From a virus: a stretch of 64,000 bases of DNA. A program made the position numbers and the translations under genes. The stretch lies in IMG/VR virus record IMGVR_UViG_3300045988_147330, positions 35,470 to 99,469 of that record; one strand, written 5' to 3'. The notes beneath the pieces were generated by a model. The model saw only the letters and a program-made list of their open reading frames with translations. It did not search any database and had not been told where the DNA came from. Below are positions 8,300 to 16,275 of the stretch, piece by piece; within the stretch, counting starts at the first letter, position 1, and every line of letters begins with the position of its first letter.

Positions 8300-8774
8300 A
8301 AAGGATTCAAGCGACATAAGAAACAGACTTGAACGGTTAGAGTACACCGCTTCCGAAAAATCGTTGGATGGATTTGGTGATGGCATCTTTGTAGACAAGT
8401 CAGATAATACTTTTCACGTGAAATCAGAGTGGGAAGTTATCCGTATGTTTCTTGAAACAGTAGATTGCGGAGATGACGAGAATATGTTTTTTGATTTTGT
8501 AGAAAACGATATAACGTCAATAACGCCAACAATGCTAGGTAAATATAAATCTTTAATAAAAGTTGATAACTTTCCCATCATTAATACATCTAGCATTCAA
8601 GATGTGTTATACCGTGAAGATAGAGAACATAACATCATAGAAGTTATTGTTGTTTCAGTGTATGGGATAAAGTTGAAAAGCATAAAAGATGTGGACTTTT
8701 CAGATCCTAATGTGGATACAATAATAGAGTATATGAAATCGTTGCATAAACAACTAAAAGAATATATCAAATGA
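8283..8774 (+). CDS. hypothetical protein
   Basis: 163-aa ORF. Confidence 0.55.
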   Translation: MKVLIRKDSSDIRNRLERLEYTASEKSLDGFGDGIFVDKSDNTFHVKSEWEVIRMFLETVDCGDDENMFFDFVENDITSITPTMLGKYKSLIKVDNFPIINTSSIQDVLYREDREHNIIEVIVVSVYGIKLKSIKDVDFSDPNVDTIIEYMKSLHKQLKEYIK

Positions 8775-9052
8775 AGTGTAATTTTACGCCAATGGACAAA
8801 TTTTATGAGATATTAGATTATTATGGTTTGTCCTACACAGAGTTAAAAAGTAATCATATTCGTGTATTTTACGGAAACAAGAAGCTGTTTGACTATTTTC
8901 CACTTCGCATGAAGTTATTTGATTACCATGAATGGCATCAGCTTACTTATCCGTTCGTGAAGGGTAAGGCAGATGAATGGGAAATAGAACTTACCATGTT
9001 CATTAGCGGAGTATTGGGAGATGAGATGTTTGAAAAGTTTAAAATATATTAA
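8771..9052 (+). CDS. hypothetical protein
   Basis: 93-aa ORF, ATGA overlap. Confidence 0.5.
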   Translation: MKCNFTPMDKFYEILDYYGLSYTELKSNHIRVFYGNKKLFDYFPLRMKLFDYHEWHQLTYPFVKGKADEWEIELTMFISGVLGDEMFEKFKIY

Positions 9053-9054
9053 TT

Positions 9055-9297
9055 ATGGATAGGAAAGAAAAAGATTTTGTTCCAAAAGCCATAAATTTGT
9101 GTGGCAAACGGAGGATGTTGTCTTCAATTAAAGGATGGGAGATTGTTAAATATAACAATTACTCTAACGGACATGCCAATCCACAAAGTGTCAAGAAGTT
9201 GAGAATAACACTTTCAGGACGTGAAGTAATTGAGTATGTTCTGAACGATGAAGATGATACTATTAAAAAACTTGATAATTATTTTGGTCTTCTATGA
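9055..9297 (+). CDS. hypothetical protein
   Basis: 80-aa ORF. Confidence 0.5.
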   Translation: MDRKEKDFVPKAINLCGKRRMLSSIKGWEIVKYNNYSNGHANPQSVKKLRITLSGREVIEYVLNDEDDTIKKLDNYFGLL

Positions 9298-9539
9298 TGA
9301 TAAAAGTGGATATACCAGAGCCGTTTATAGACGGTGATAATACGATGGTTAACATTACATCTGATTCATTCTGCTATTCTAGCATTGACTCACGGTACGA
9401 AGGGTTTCAGAGTGCGTATAAGGATGGGAATATTAATCAGAAGATACAGGGTAAACTAGAGATTATTGCAGATCAATTCAAAGAACTAATAAAAATCATT
9501 GAGGATAATGGAAAGACATTTGTTAATACAGGAGTGTGA
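9294..9539 (+). CDS. hypothetical protein
   Basis: 81-aa ORF, ATGA overlap. Confidence 0.5.
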   Translation: MMIKVDIPEPFIDGDNTMVNITSDSFCYSSIDSRYEGFQSAYKDGNINQKIQGKLEIIADQFKELIKIIEDNGKTFVNTGV

Positions 9540-9552
9540 GAGAGAAGAGGAA

Positions 9553-10017
9553 ATGAAGAAATTACGCAAGCAGCAGAACGATCTTATCAAGAAAGGTCGT
9601 ATGGTTGAATGTTCTCGCGTAACAGCCAAGATAAAGGAGTTCCAGGAAGCATATATAAAGGCTTATCCTGACGGTAAGTATGTAAGAGGTATGGAGATTA
9701 TCAAAAAGATGTCAGATGATGAAAAAACTGATTGGATGATGTATATTAATGCTATTGCTTTCTGTGCTGATATTATACATTCATCCTCTATTGAGCTTAA
9801 TGAAATGCTAAAGAAGGTACTTCCAGGGTCTAGTCTTCAAATGTTTGAAACACTTGAAAAGGTAGGTACTATGGCAAAGAATCAAATTATGTGGATGGAT
9901 AACAATGTGGATGAGGAATATCAGGACGATTTTGCCAAATATGCTGACGAGATAACCATTATGCTTTTATCATTTGTTAAAAATAAATTTTTGCCGCGAA
10001 AGTCAACTACTTACTAA
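9553..10017 (+). CDS. hypothetical protein
   Basis: ORF 9499..10017 trimmed to ATG 9553 (MKKLRKQ), just after the previous stop. Confidence 0.5.
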   Translation: MKKLRKQQNDLIKKGRMVECSRVTAKIKEFQEAYIKAYPDGKYVRGMEIIKKMSDDEKTDWMMYINAIAFCADIIHSSSIELNEMLKKVLPGSSLQMFETLEKVGTMAKNQIMWMDNNVDEEYQDDFAKYADEITIMLLSFVKNKFLPRKSTTY

Positions 10018-10019
10018 GC

Positions 10020-10182
10020 TAAAGACTTGTAGATGTTGATTAGACTAAGCACTTTGGGTGCTACGTTAGGAGAGAATATATAGTTACCAAGGGGTGCTTG
10101 CTCAAGCCCCTTGCTCTAAGGTTAAAACCTCTCCATAACATTGTCGATGAGTATTTAACGGAGAAATCTGACTTATAGTAAA
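10020..10182 (+). ncRNA. candidate IscB omega-RNA scaffold
   Basis: Non-coding 163 nt directly 5' of iscB with nested helices: agcac/gtgct 10048-10062, ggagag/ctctcc 10069-10134, caagggg/ccccttg 10088-10113. Confidence 0.5.
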
Positions 10183-11427
10183 ATGGTTTATATAATTAAC
10201 AAACAAGGACAAGCACTTATGCCAACTGAAAGGTTTGGTAAAGTGAGAAGGCTATTAAAGAATGGTCTTTCCCACGTTGTGTGCCGTATCCCATTCACAA
10301 TTCAATTAGATTATGACACAACAGATTATACGCAGCCCATAAGTTTGGGTTTAGATGCTGGTAGCAAGCATATCGGCATATCAGCAACAACAAGTGAAAA
10401 GGAATTGTATGCAGCAGATGTGGAACTTAGAAATGACATTGTAGAGAAACTATCTACTCGTAGAGAACAAAGAAGAACTCGTAGGAGTAGGCTTCGTTAT
10501 CGCAAGGCGCGTTTCAATAATAGGGTTTCATCTAAACGCAAGGGTTGGCTAGCACCATCTATTGAAAACAAAATTCAAACTCATTTGACTGTTGTAGAAA
10601 AAATACATAAGTTCCTACCGATAACTAATATCGTAGTTGAAACTGCTTCCTTTGATATACAGAAGATTAAGAATCCAAGTATATCTGGAAGTGAATACCA
10701 ACAAGGAGAACAACTTGATTTCTTTAATGTGCGTGAGTATATTTTGTTTCGTGATGGTTATACTTGCCAACATTGTAAGGGTAAAAGTAAAGATAAGATC
10801 TTGAATGTGCATCACATTGAGAGTAGAAAGACGGGAGGGGATAGCCCAAATAACTTGATTACTCTTTGCGAAACTTGCCACAAGGCATATCATAGAGGTG
10901 AGTTTGAGTTAAATGTAAAACGTGGAAAGTCCTTTAGAGATGCCGCCTTTATGGGAATTATGCGATGGAGTCTCTATGATAGACTAAAGAATATCTATCC
11001 TAATGTAAATATGACTTTTGGTTATATCACGAAAAATACCCGTATCACTAACAATCTTCCTAAAGATCATTATGTTGATGCAAGGTGTATAAGTGGTAAT
11101 CCTGTGGCTAAACCTTTAGGTTATTATTTCTATCAGAAGAAAGTAAGATGCCAAAATAGGCAGATACACAAGGCTAATTTCTTAAAGGGTGGCAGGAAGA
11201 AACTCAATCAAGCACCATTCTTAGTGAAAGGTTTTAGGTTGTTTGACCTGGTTGAATACCAAAAGGATTTGTATTACATATTTGGAAGAAGAAGTAGTGG
11301 TTCCTTTGATATTAGGAAACTTGATGGAACTAAAGTGAATAAAGGTTCTATCAATTGCAAGTATTTGCGATTGATAGACAAAAGAAAAAGTATATTAACT
11401 GAAAAGAGAATGCAAGTAAATTTATGA
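10183..11427 (+). CDS. iscB: IscB-type RNA-guided nuclease (PLMP/RRXRR + split RuvC + HNH)
   Basis: GQALMPT (PLMP); LGLDAGSKHIGIS (RuvC-I); RREQRRTRRSRLRYRKARF (Arg-rich bridge helix); VVETASFD (RuvC-II); CQHC...VHHIESR..NNLITLCETCH (HNH); DHYVDARCI (RuvC-III); 414 aa. Confidence 0.8.
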   Translation: MVYIINKQGQALMPTERFGKVRRLLKNGLSHVVCRIPFTIQLDYDTTDYTQPISLGLDAGSKHIGISATTSEKELYAADVELRNDIVEKLSTRREQRRTRRSRLRYRKARFNNRVSSKRKGWLAPSIENKIQTHLTVVEKIHKFLPITNIVVETASFDIQKIKNPSISGSEYQQGEQLDFFNVREYILFRDGYTCQHCKGKSKDKILNVHHIESRKTGGDSPNNLITLCETCHKAYHRGEFELNVKRGKSFRDAAFMGIMRWSLYDRLKNIYPNVNMTFGYITKNTRITNNLPKDHYVDARCISGNPVAKPLGYYFYQKKVRCQNRQIHKANFLKGGRKKLNQAPFLVKGFRLFDLVEYQKDLYYIFGRRSSGSFDIRKLDGTKVNKGSINCKYLRLIDKRKSILTEKRMQVNL

Positions 11428-11624
11428 CACGAGAGGAAATACATAAAAACGTTCTTACAATAAGAAATTATTATTTCAGTATTCAAAACAAGCTAGATAA
11501 TGGGTATAAAATTTCCGATTTGGATATAGATTCGGAAACGCACAACAAAATGATTGATGATACCATAAAATCAGCCATTGAAGATTATAAAATGATTCTT
11601 GTTTTGGAAAAATACAAATTATAA
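11424..11624 (+). CDS. hypothetical protein
   Basis: 66-aa ORF, ATGA overlap with the iscB stop. Confidence 0.45.
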   Translation: MTREEIHKNVLTIRNYYFSIQNKLDNGYKISDLDIDSETHNKMIDDTIKSAIEDYKMILVLEKYKL

Positions 11625-11628
11625 AATC

Positions 11629-12081
11629 ATGAAAAAGAAAGAAATAGACGAAGGATATATTGTAGGTGACTTTTATATAGTTAAAAGCCCTATCAAAGAT
11701 GGATGGCTTCACGTAGTGAATATAAAAACATCTTGGCAGATAAAGGTGATGATGGGAGCGAACACGGCAAAGTTTCTAAGCCTTCCACAACAGGAGATAT
11801 TTGACAGGATTAACGGAATATACATTCAATCCATGATGTCTTTATACGATTCAGATTATGCCTTGAAAATAGCTAAAGATGCTGTGTCTTATATGTCTGA
11901 AAAGGCAAAAAAGGTGGAGAAGGTGAAAAAGGTGGAGAAGAATGAAAATGAAGATATTGAAAAGGTGAAGAAAGATGAGTTTATGATGAAGATAGCCACA
12001 TCTTCCGATGAAGAAATCATGGACATGATCATAAATGGGGAAATAAAGTACGAATATTTCAAACAAGAACAGGAGGATTAA
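11629..12081 (+). CDS. hypothetical protein (cassette gene X1, paralog of 13601..14047)
   Basis: MKKKEIDEGYIVGDFYI...QQEIFDRINGIYIQSMMSLYDS.YAL shared with 13601..14047; start set at ATG 11629. Confidence 0.65.
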   Translation: MKKKEIDEGYIVGDFYIVKSPIKDGWLHVVNIKTSWQIKVMMGANTAKFLSLPQQEIFDRINGIYIQSMMSLYDSDYALKIAKDAVSYMSEKAKKVEKVKKVEKNENEDIEKVKKDEFMMKIATSSDEEIMDMIINGEIKYEYFKQEQED

Positions 12082-12498
12082 ATGAAAGCATTATTTAAAA
12101 TGGACTTCGATTGCGGAAGAATGGGCAATCTTGAAGGAGTATTTATTGCAGACACAGAAGATGTCGAATACTTAGTGAATAACAAAATCAGTGTTTACTT
12201 CGGTGAAGTACTTGGCAAGCACTCTGAAATATCCGGGTGTGTGGCTGAAAGTGAAATCAAACAAATAACCACTGATGAAAATGTAATCAAGATAGTTGAA
12301 GAATATGGGCTTAACAGTGGGTATAATCCATTTGAATACACTCTTTGTACATCAGAAACGGAAGATATACCAGATAACGGAGTTGATTGGGATGATTGTA
12401 CTGTACAAGAATACATAGACTTTATGAGGAAAGGTATAATACCCCAATATTACGAGAAAGATTATAAAGAATGGCTAAGTAGCCAAAAGGAGGATTAA
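12082..12498 (+). CDS. hypothetical protein (cassette gene Y1)
   Basis: 138-aa ORF, AGGAGG at 12071-12076. Confidence 0.55.
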   Translation: MKALFKMDFDCGRMGNLEGVFIADTEDVEYLVNNKISVYFGEVLGKHSEISGCVAESEIKQITTDENVIKIVEEYGLNSGYNPFEYTLCTSETEDIPDNGVDWDDCTVQEYIDFMRKGIIPQYYEKDYKEWLSSQKED

Positions 12499-12501
12499 AT
12501 C

Positions 12502-12600
12502 ATGCAAGACTATATTTCAGATTGGTTCATTCCTATGGATTTCGGTAATGATATGCCGGACGAAGAACCTAACGGTGAGGATAATTTTAATTTTGAATGA
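12502..12600 (+). CDS. micro-ORF (32 aa), paralog of 14397..14489
   Basis: MQDYISDWFIPMDFGND.PDEEP...DNFN conserved at both loci, each preceded by AGGAGG. Confidence 0.5.
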   Translation: MQDYISDWFIPMDFGNDMPDEEPNGEDNFNFE

Positions 12601-13487
12601 ATATGGAAAAGAAATTTGAGCTAACAGATAACTTTATAATCAATGCTTTTGGAGTGAAGTTATTCCAAATCAAGTGTACAAAGTCTTTCAAATATGCCAA
12701 GGAAGGTGATTTGGGAGGATATGTTGAGAAAGATGAGAACTTAGACCAAGAAAGCAATGCTTGGGTGTCCGGCAATGCTGAGGTGTCCGGCGATGCTTGG
12801 GTGTCCGGCAATGCTGAGGTGTCCGGCGATGCTCGGGTGTACGGCAATGCTCGGGTGTACGGCGATGCTCGGGTGTCCGGCGATGCTGAGGTGTCCGGCG
12901 ATGCTCGGGTGTACGGCAATGCTCGGGTGTACGGCGATGCTCGGGTGTACGGCGATGCTCGGGTGTACGGCAATGCTGAGGTGTCCGGCAATGCTGAGGT
13001 GTACGGCAATGCTGAGGTGTCCGGCAATGCTTGGGTGTCCGGCAATGCTCGGGTGTCCGGCAATGCTTGGGTGTCCGGCAATGCTGAGGTGTCCGGCGAT
13101 GCTCGGGTGTACGGCAATGCTCGGGTGTACGGCAATGCTGAGGTGTCCGGCAATGCTTGGGTGTACGGCGATGCTTGGGTGTACGGCAATGCTCGGGTGT
13201 ACGGCAATGCTGAGGTGTCCGGCAATGCTTGGGTGTCCGGCAATGCTGAGATAGACAACAATAATAAACATTGCGGATTTGACTGTTTCGGTTCTGCCAA
13301 CCGCCACACCCATGCCTACCTGACAAAAGAAAACAAAGTGGAAATAACATGCGGATGCTTCCGTGGGAGTATTGAAGAGTTTGAAAAGAGAGTGGAAGAA
13401 ACCCATTCGGGCACAATCTATGAGAAGCAGTATAAAGCCATCATCGATGTTATTAAAATTAAATTTGGGTTGACTGATTTGATATAG
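12597..13487 (+). CDS. hexapeptide-repeat protein, G[ND]A[EWR]V[SY] x ~27
   Basis: Unique N-terminal domain (FELTDNFIINAFGVKLFQIK...GDLGGYVEKDENL), ~165-aa perfect 6-aa repeat, unique Cys/His-containing C-terminal domain; ATGA overlap with upstream ORF. Confidence 0.7.
   Translation: MNMEKKFELTDNFIINAFGVKLFQIKCTKSFKYAKEGDLGGYVEKDENLDQESNAWVSGNAEVSGDAWVSGNAEVSGDARVYGNARVYGDARVSGDAEVSGDARVYGNARVYGDARVYGDARVYGNAEVSGNAEVYGNAEVSGNAWVSGNARVSGNAWVSGNAEVSGDARVYGNARVYGNAEVSGNAWVYGDAWVYGNARVYGNAEVSGNAWVSGNAEIDNNNKHCGFDCFGSANRHTHAYLTKENKVEITCGCFRGSIEEFEKRVEETHSGTIYEKQYKAIIDVIKIKFGLTDLI
12753..13250 (+). repeat. 18-bp tandem array ggc[a/g]atgct[tgg/gag/cgg]gtgt[c/a]c, ~27.6 units
   Basis: Direct reading; 13 of 18 positions invariant across all units, open in all six frames. 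Confidence 0.95.
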
Positions 13488-13528
13488 ATTCATTTGCTTA
13501 TAAACTTTATGCCTTCCCGGTCTGTGAA

Positions 13529-13600
13529 GATAGGGTGGGTGTTGGTATCGCCCTGAACGGATTAACGTTTTAAAATGTGTGTAAAAATTAACATTAATAC
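13529..13600 (+). repeat. repeat copy 4: right-end part of the TnpB-derived module
   Basis: gatagggtgggtgttggtatcgccctgaacggattaacgttttaaaatgtgtg...acattaatac matches the 3' ends of copies 1-3; ends exactly at ATG 13601. Confidence 0.75.
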
Positions 13601-14047
13601 ATGAAAAAGAAAGAAATAGACGAAGGATATATTGTAGGTGACTTTTATATTCTCAAAGATATAATTAAAGATGGATATATTCACATAATAAATATAAAAA
13701 CCATGTGGCAGATAAAGGTATACATGGGAGAAAATGCAGCAAGTTTCCTTTGTCTTCCACAACAGGAAATATTTGACAGGATCAACGGAATATATATTCA
13801 GTCCATGATGTCTTTATATGATTCAGAATACGCCTTAAACATAGCTAAAAATGCAAAATCATACATGGCTCGTAAAGCTAAGAAGGTTAAAAAATCTGAT
13901 GAGAATGAAGATATAGAAAAGGTGAAAAGAGATCAGTTTATGATGAAAATAGCTTCCTCTTCTGATGAGGAAATTATGGATATGATTGTCAATGGAGAAA
14001 TTAATTATGAATATTTTAAACATGACAAGGAAAAGGAGGATGTATGA
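13601..14047 (+). CDS. hypothetical protein (cassette gene X2)
   Basis: Paralog of 11629..12081 along the full length. Confidence 0.65.
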   Translation: MKKKEIDEGYIVGDFYILKDIIKDGYIHIINIKTMWQIKVYMGENAASFLCLPQQEIFDRINGIYIQSMMSLYDSEYALNIAKNAKSYMARKAKKVKKSDENEDIEKVKRDQFMMKIASSSDEEIMDMIVNGEINYEYFKHDKEKEDV

Positions 14048-14394
14048 GCGAAATGGAAAGACATATCGGTAAGGTAAGAAAAGTTGATTTAGGAAATTAT
14101 ACCATTGAAGAATGGTGCGAGAAAAAATGTAAGTCTATTGGAATAGGTTTAGACGAATGCTATAAATCCTATAAGGAAGCGTTATTAACAGATCCATATC
14201 CATCTATTGTGATTGAAGTTGATGGCACTCTTTGGGAAATCATTGAAGATAATGAAGAAGAAGACACAGAAGATATATCAATCCTTACTCCAAACAATGA
14301 CGGAACTTACAGTTATATAATGCAGTTTTACAATGGAGGAACTTGTTTATCTGAAATGCTTGAAGATGGTATAAAAAATATAAAGGAGGAATGA
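14044..14394 (+). CDS. hypothetical protein (cassette gene Y2, unrelated to Y1)
   Basis: 116-aa ORF, ATGA overlap, AGGAGG at 14034-14039. Confidence 0.55.
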   Translation: MSEMERHIGKVRKVDLGNYTIEEWCEKKCKSIGIGLDECYKSYKEALLTDPYPSIVIEVDGTLWEIIEDNEEEDTEDISILTPNNDGTYSYIMQFYNGGTCLSEMLEDGIKNIKEE

Positions 14395-14396
14395 TT

Positions 14397-14489
14397 ATGC
14401 AAGACTATATTTCAGATTGGTTTATTCCTATGGACTTCGGTAATGACCTGCCGGATGAAGAACCGGACTATGAAGATAATTTTAATTAA
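14397..14489 (+). CDS. micro-ORF (30 aa), paralog of 12502..12600
   Basis: MQDYISDWFIPMDFGNDLPDEEPDYEDNFN. Confidence 0.5.
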   Translation: MQDYISDWFIPMDFGNDLPDEEPDYEDNFN

Positions 14490-14541
14490 GTGTATTTGTT
14501 TACATGCCTGCTTTATTTATTAAGATAGGGCGGGCGAAAAT

Positions 14542-14615
14542 GGGGCGTTTGGCTGGTGTGACTAATGTGATGCGCAGCATTGTAGAGGAGGACAGTTCGA
14601 TTCTGTCACGCCCCT
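14542..14615 (+). ncRNA. tRNA-like element (acceptor stem + T-arm only)
   Basis: GGGGCGT/ACGCCCC 7-bp acceptor, GACAG-TTCGATT-CTGTC T-arm, discriminator T. I could not fold the D and anticodon arms canonically. The internal hairpin aatgt/gcatt has an 8-nt loop. Confidence 0.4.
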
Positions 14616-14662
14616 CATACATGTGATTCACACATCAATAACAGTAAGTAAATAACAAATAA

Positions 14663-15154
14663 ATGAAAAACGATAAATTAATATTGGATGCTTGTTGTGG
14701 TAGTCGTATGTTTTGGTTTGATAAACAAAATCCTAATGTGTTATTTGTTGACAAACGTTCAGAAACACTTACGGCCAAAGATAGGGATAAGATAAGGACT
14801 ATAGAGGTAAAACCTGATATTATCGCAGATTTTACTAATTTACCATTTGAAGATAATTCTTTCTATCAAGTTGTATTTGATCCACCGCACCTGAAAACAC
14901 TTGGAGAAAATTCATGGATGGCAAAAAAATATGGCAAGTTGCCTGATGATTGGAAAAGTATTATTCATGAAGGTTTCAAGGAGTGCATGAGGGTATTAAA
15001 ACCGAATGGTACACTTATCTTCAAATGGAATGAAAGCGAGATAAAAGCATCAGATGTTTTGTCTGTTATTCCTTTCAAACCTCTATTTGGACATACAACT
15101 GGTAGACAAAGTAAGACGATATGGATGTGTTTTATGAAATTATGTGATAAATAA
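14663..15154 (+). CDS. SAM-dependent (probably DNA) methyltransferase
   Basis: ILDACCGSRMFW (motif I-like) and VVFDPPHL (DPPH/DPPY-type motif IV). Confidence 0.6.
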   Translation: MKNDKLILDACCGSRMFWFDKQNPNVLFVDKRSETLTAKDRDKIRTIEVKPDIIADFTNLPFEDNSFYQVVFDPPHLKTLGENSWMAKKYGKLPDDWKSIIHEGFKECMRVLKPNGTLIFKWNESEIKASDVLSVIPFKPLFGHTTGRQSKTIWMCFMKLCDK

Positions 15155-15190
15155 AATATGGAAACAAAAAGAATTTAAACTTTAATTATT

Positions 15191-15745
15191 ATGATGAATT
15201 TTTTTGAATGCAAAATCCGTTACGAAAAGATAATGGAAAATGGTGTAAACAAGAAAGTAACAGAACCCTATTTGGTTGACGCGCTTAGCTTTACTGAGGC
15301 AGAAGCACGTATTATATCTGAAATGACACCGTTTATTAGTGGAGAGTTCACTGTTTCGGACATCAAACGAGCCAACTACAGCGAACTATTCTCATCTGAG
15401 GAAGATGCAGCCGACCGATGGTTTAAGTGCAAGCTGTTCTTCATTACGCTGGACGAAAAGAGCGGAGCGGAGAAAAAGACCTCCACTACTGTACTGGTAC
15501 AGGCTTCCGACCTTCGAGATTCTGTAAAGAAACTTGACGAAGGAATGAAAGGTACAATGGCAGACTACGTGATTGCATCCGTAACCGAAACAGCTATCAT
15601 GGATGTTTATCTATATGAGGAAGATAATAAATCTTTACCAGAGTTTCCTAGTGGAGACAAGACGGAAGCTGTTATAGGTGATAAAAATGTAATTGTAGAC
15701 AAGACAGGGAGTGCAACTATAGTTTCAACAAGTAATATCCAATAA
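15191..15745 (+). CDS. DUF4494-like protein
   Basis: FECKIRYEKIMENGVNKKVTEPYLVDALSFTEAEARIISEMTPFISGEFTVSDIKRANYSELF matches my recollection of the Bacteroidota DUF4494 family. Confidence 0.5.
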   Translation: MMNFFECKIRYEKIMENGVNKKVTEPYLVDALSFTEAEARIISEMTPFISGEFTVSDIKRANYSELFSSEEDAADRWFKCKLFFITLDEKSGAEKKTSTTVLVQASDLRDSVKKLDEGMKGTMADYVIASVTETAIMDVYLYEEDNKSLPEFPSGDKTEAVIGDKNVIVDKTGSATIVSTSNIQ

Positions 15746-15747
15746 TT

Positions 15748-16275
15748 ATGCCTAACGAACAACAAAACCAACTTCTCCATCATTGGAGAACTGGAAGTCA
15801 ATCTGATTATGTAGGAGTAGAAATACTTCCTAACGGTCAGTCTATCATCGCTACAATATCCCATATCGTATGGGATGAGAATGCAAAGGTACAAGGTAGC
15901 AAGAAACCATCATGGATTGCTTACTTTAAAGAAACAAACCTTGTTCCTAAACCTATGCTATTGAACAGTACGAACCGTAAACGCCTCACTAAGCTGGCAC
16001 AAACTGATTATCCTGAAACCATCCGTGATTTCCGTGTTATATTATGCAAGGAACTGACACGTGACCCAAGCGATGGAGGAAAGGTCTACGGATTGCGTAT
16101 AGGGCGTGATGTTCCGCCACCACCACAGAAAGAGAAGATGACAGTCAACTCTGATAAATTCAAGGCTGCATTGGAAGCATTGAAAAGTGGGAAATGCGAC
16201 ATTGGATACATCACGGCAAGCTATGATGTGGACGCTGAAGCTATGAAATTGTTTAACGAATCAGTTAAAAAATAA
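15748..16275 (+). CDS. hypothetical protein
   Basis: 175-aa ORF immediately upstream of the exonuclease. Confidence 0.55.
   Translation: MPNEQQNQLLHHWRTGSQSDYVGVEILPNGQSIIATISHIVWDENAKVQGSKKPSWIAYFKETNLVPKPMLLNSTNRKRLTKLAQTDYPETIRDFRVILCKELTRDPSDGGKVYGLRIGRDVPPPPQKEKMTVNSDKFKAALEALKSGKCDIGYITASYDVDAEAMKLFNESVKK

Noticed and set aside
12587-13493. Four additional long ORFs (240, 242, 250 and 165 aa) overlapping the hexapeptide-repeat gene on both strands
   Set aside because: The 18-bp period has no stop codon in any of the six frames, so these are artefacts of the repeat. Only 12597..13487 has unique N- and C-terminal domains and fits the plus-strand gene train with an ATGA overlap.
14542-14615. 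Canonical tRNA gene
   Set aside because: The acceptor and T arms are perfect, but I could not form standard D or anticodon arms. It is therefore reported only as a tRNA-like element pending tRNAscan-SE.
15339-15527. 62-aa ORF inside the DUF4494-like gene. Similar nested ORFs include 6107..6337, 27899..28087, 30444..30656 and 32125..32520
   Set aside because: They are out-of-frame or antisense within better-supported genes and have no independent signals.
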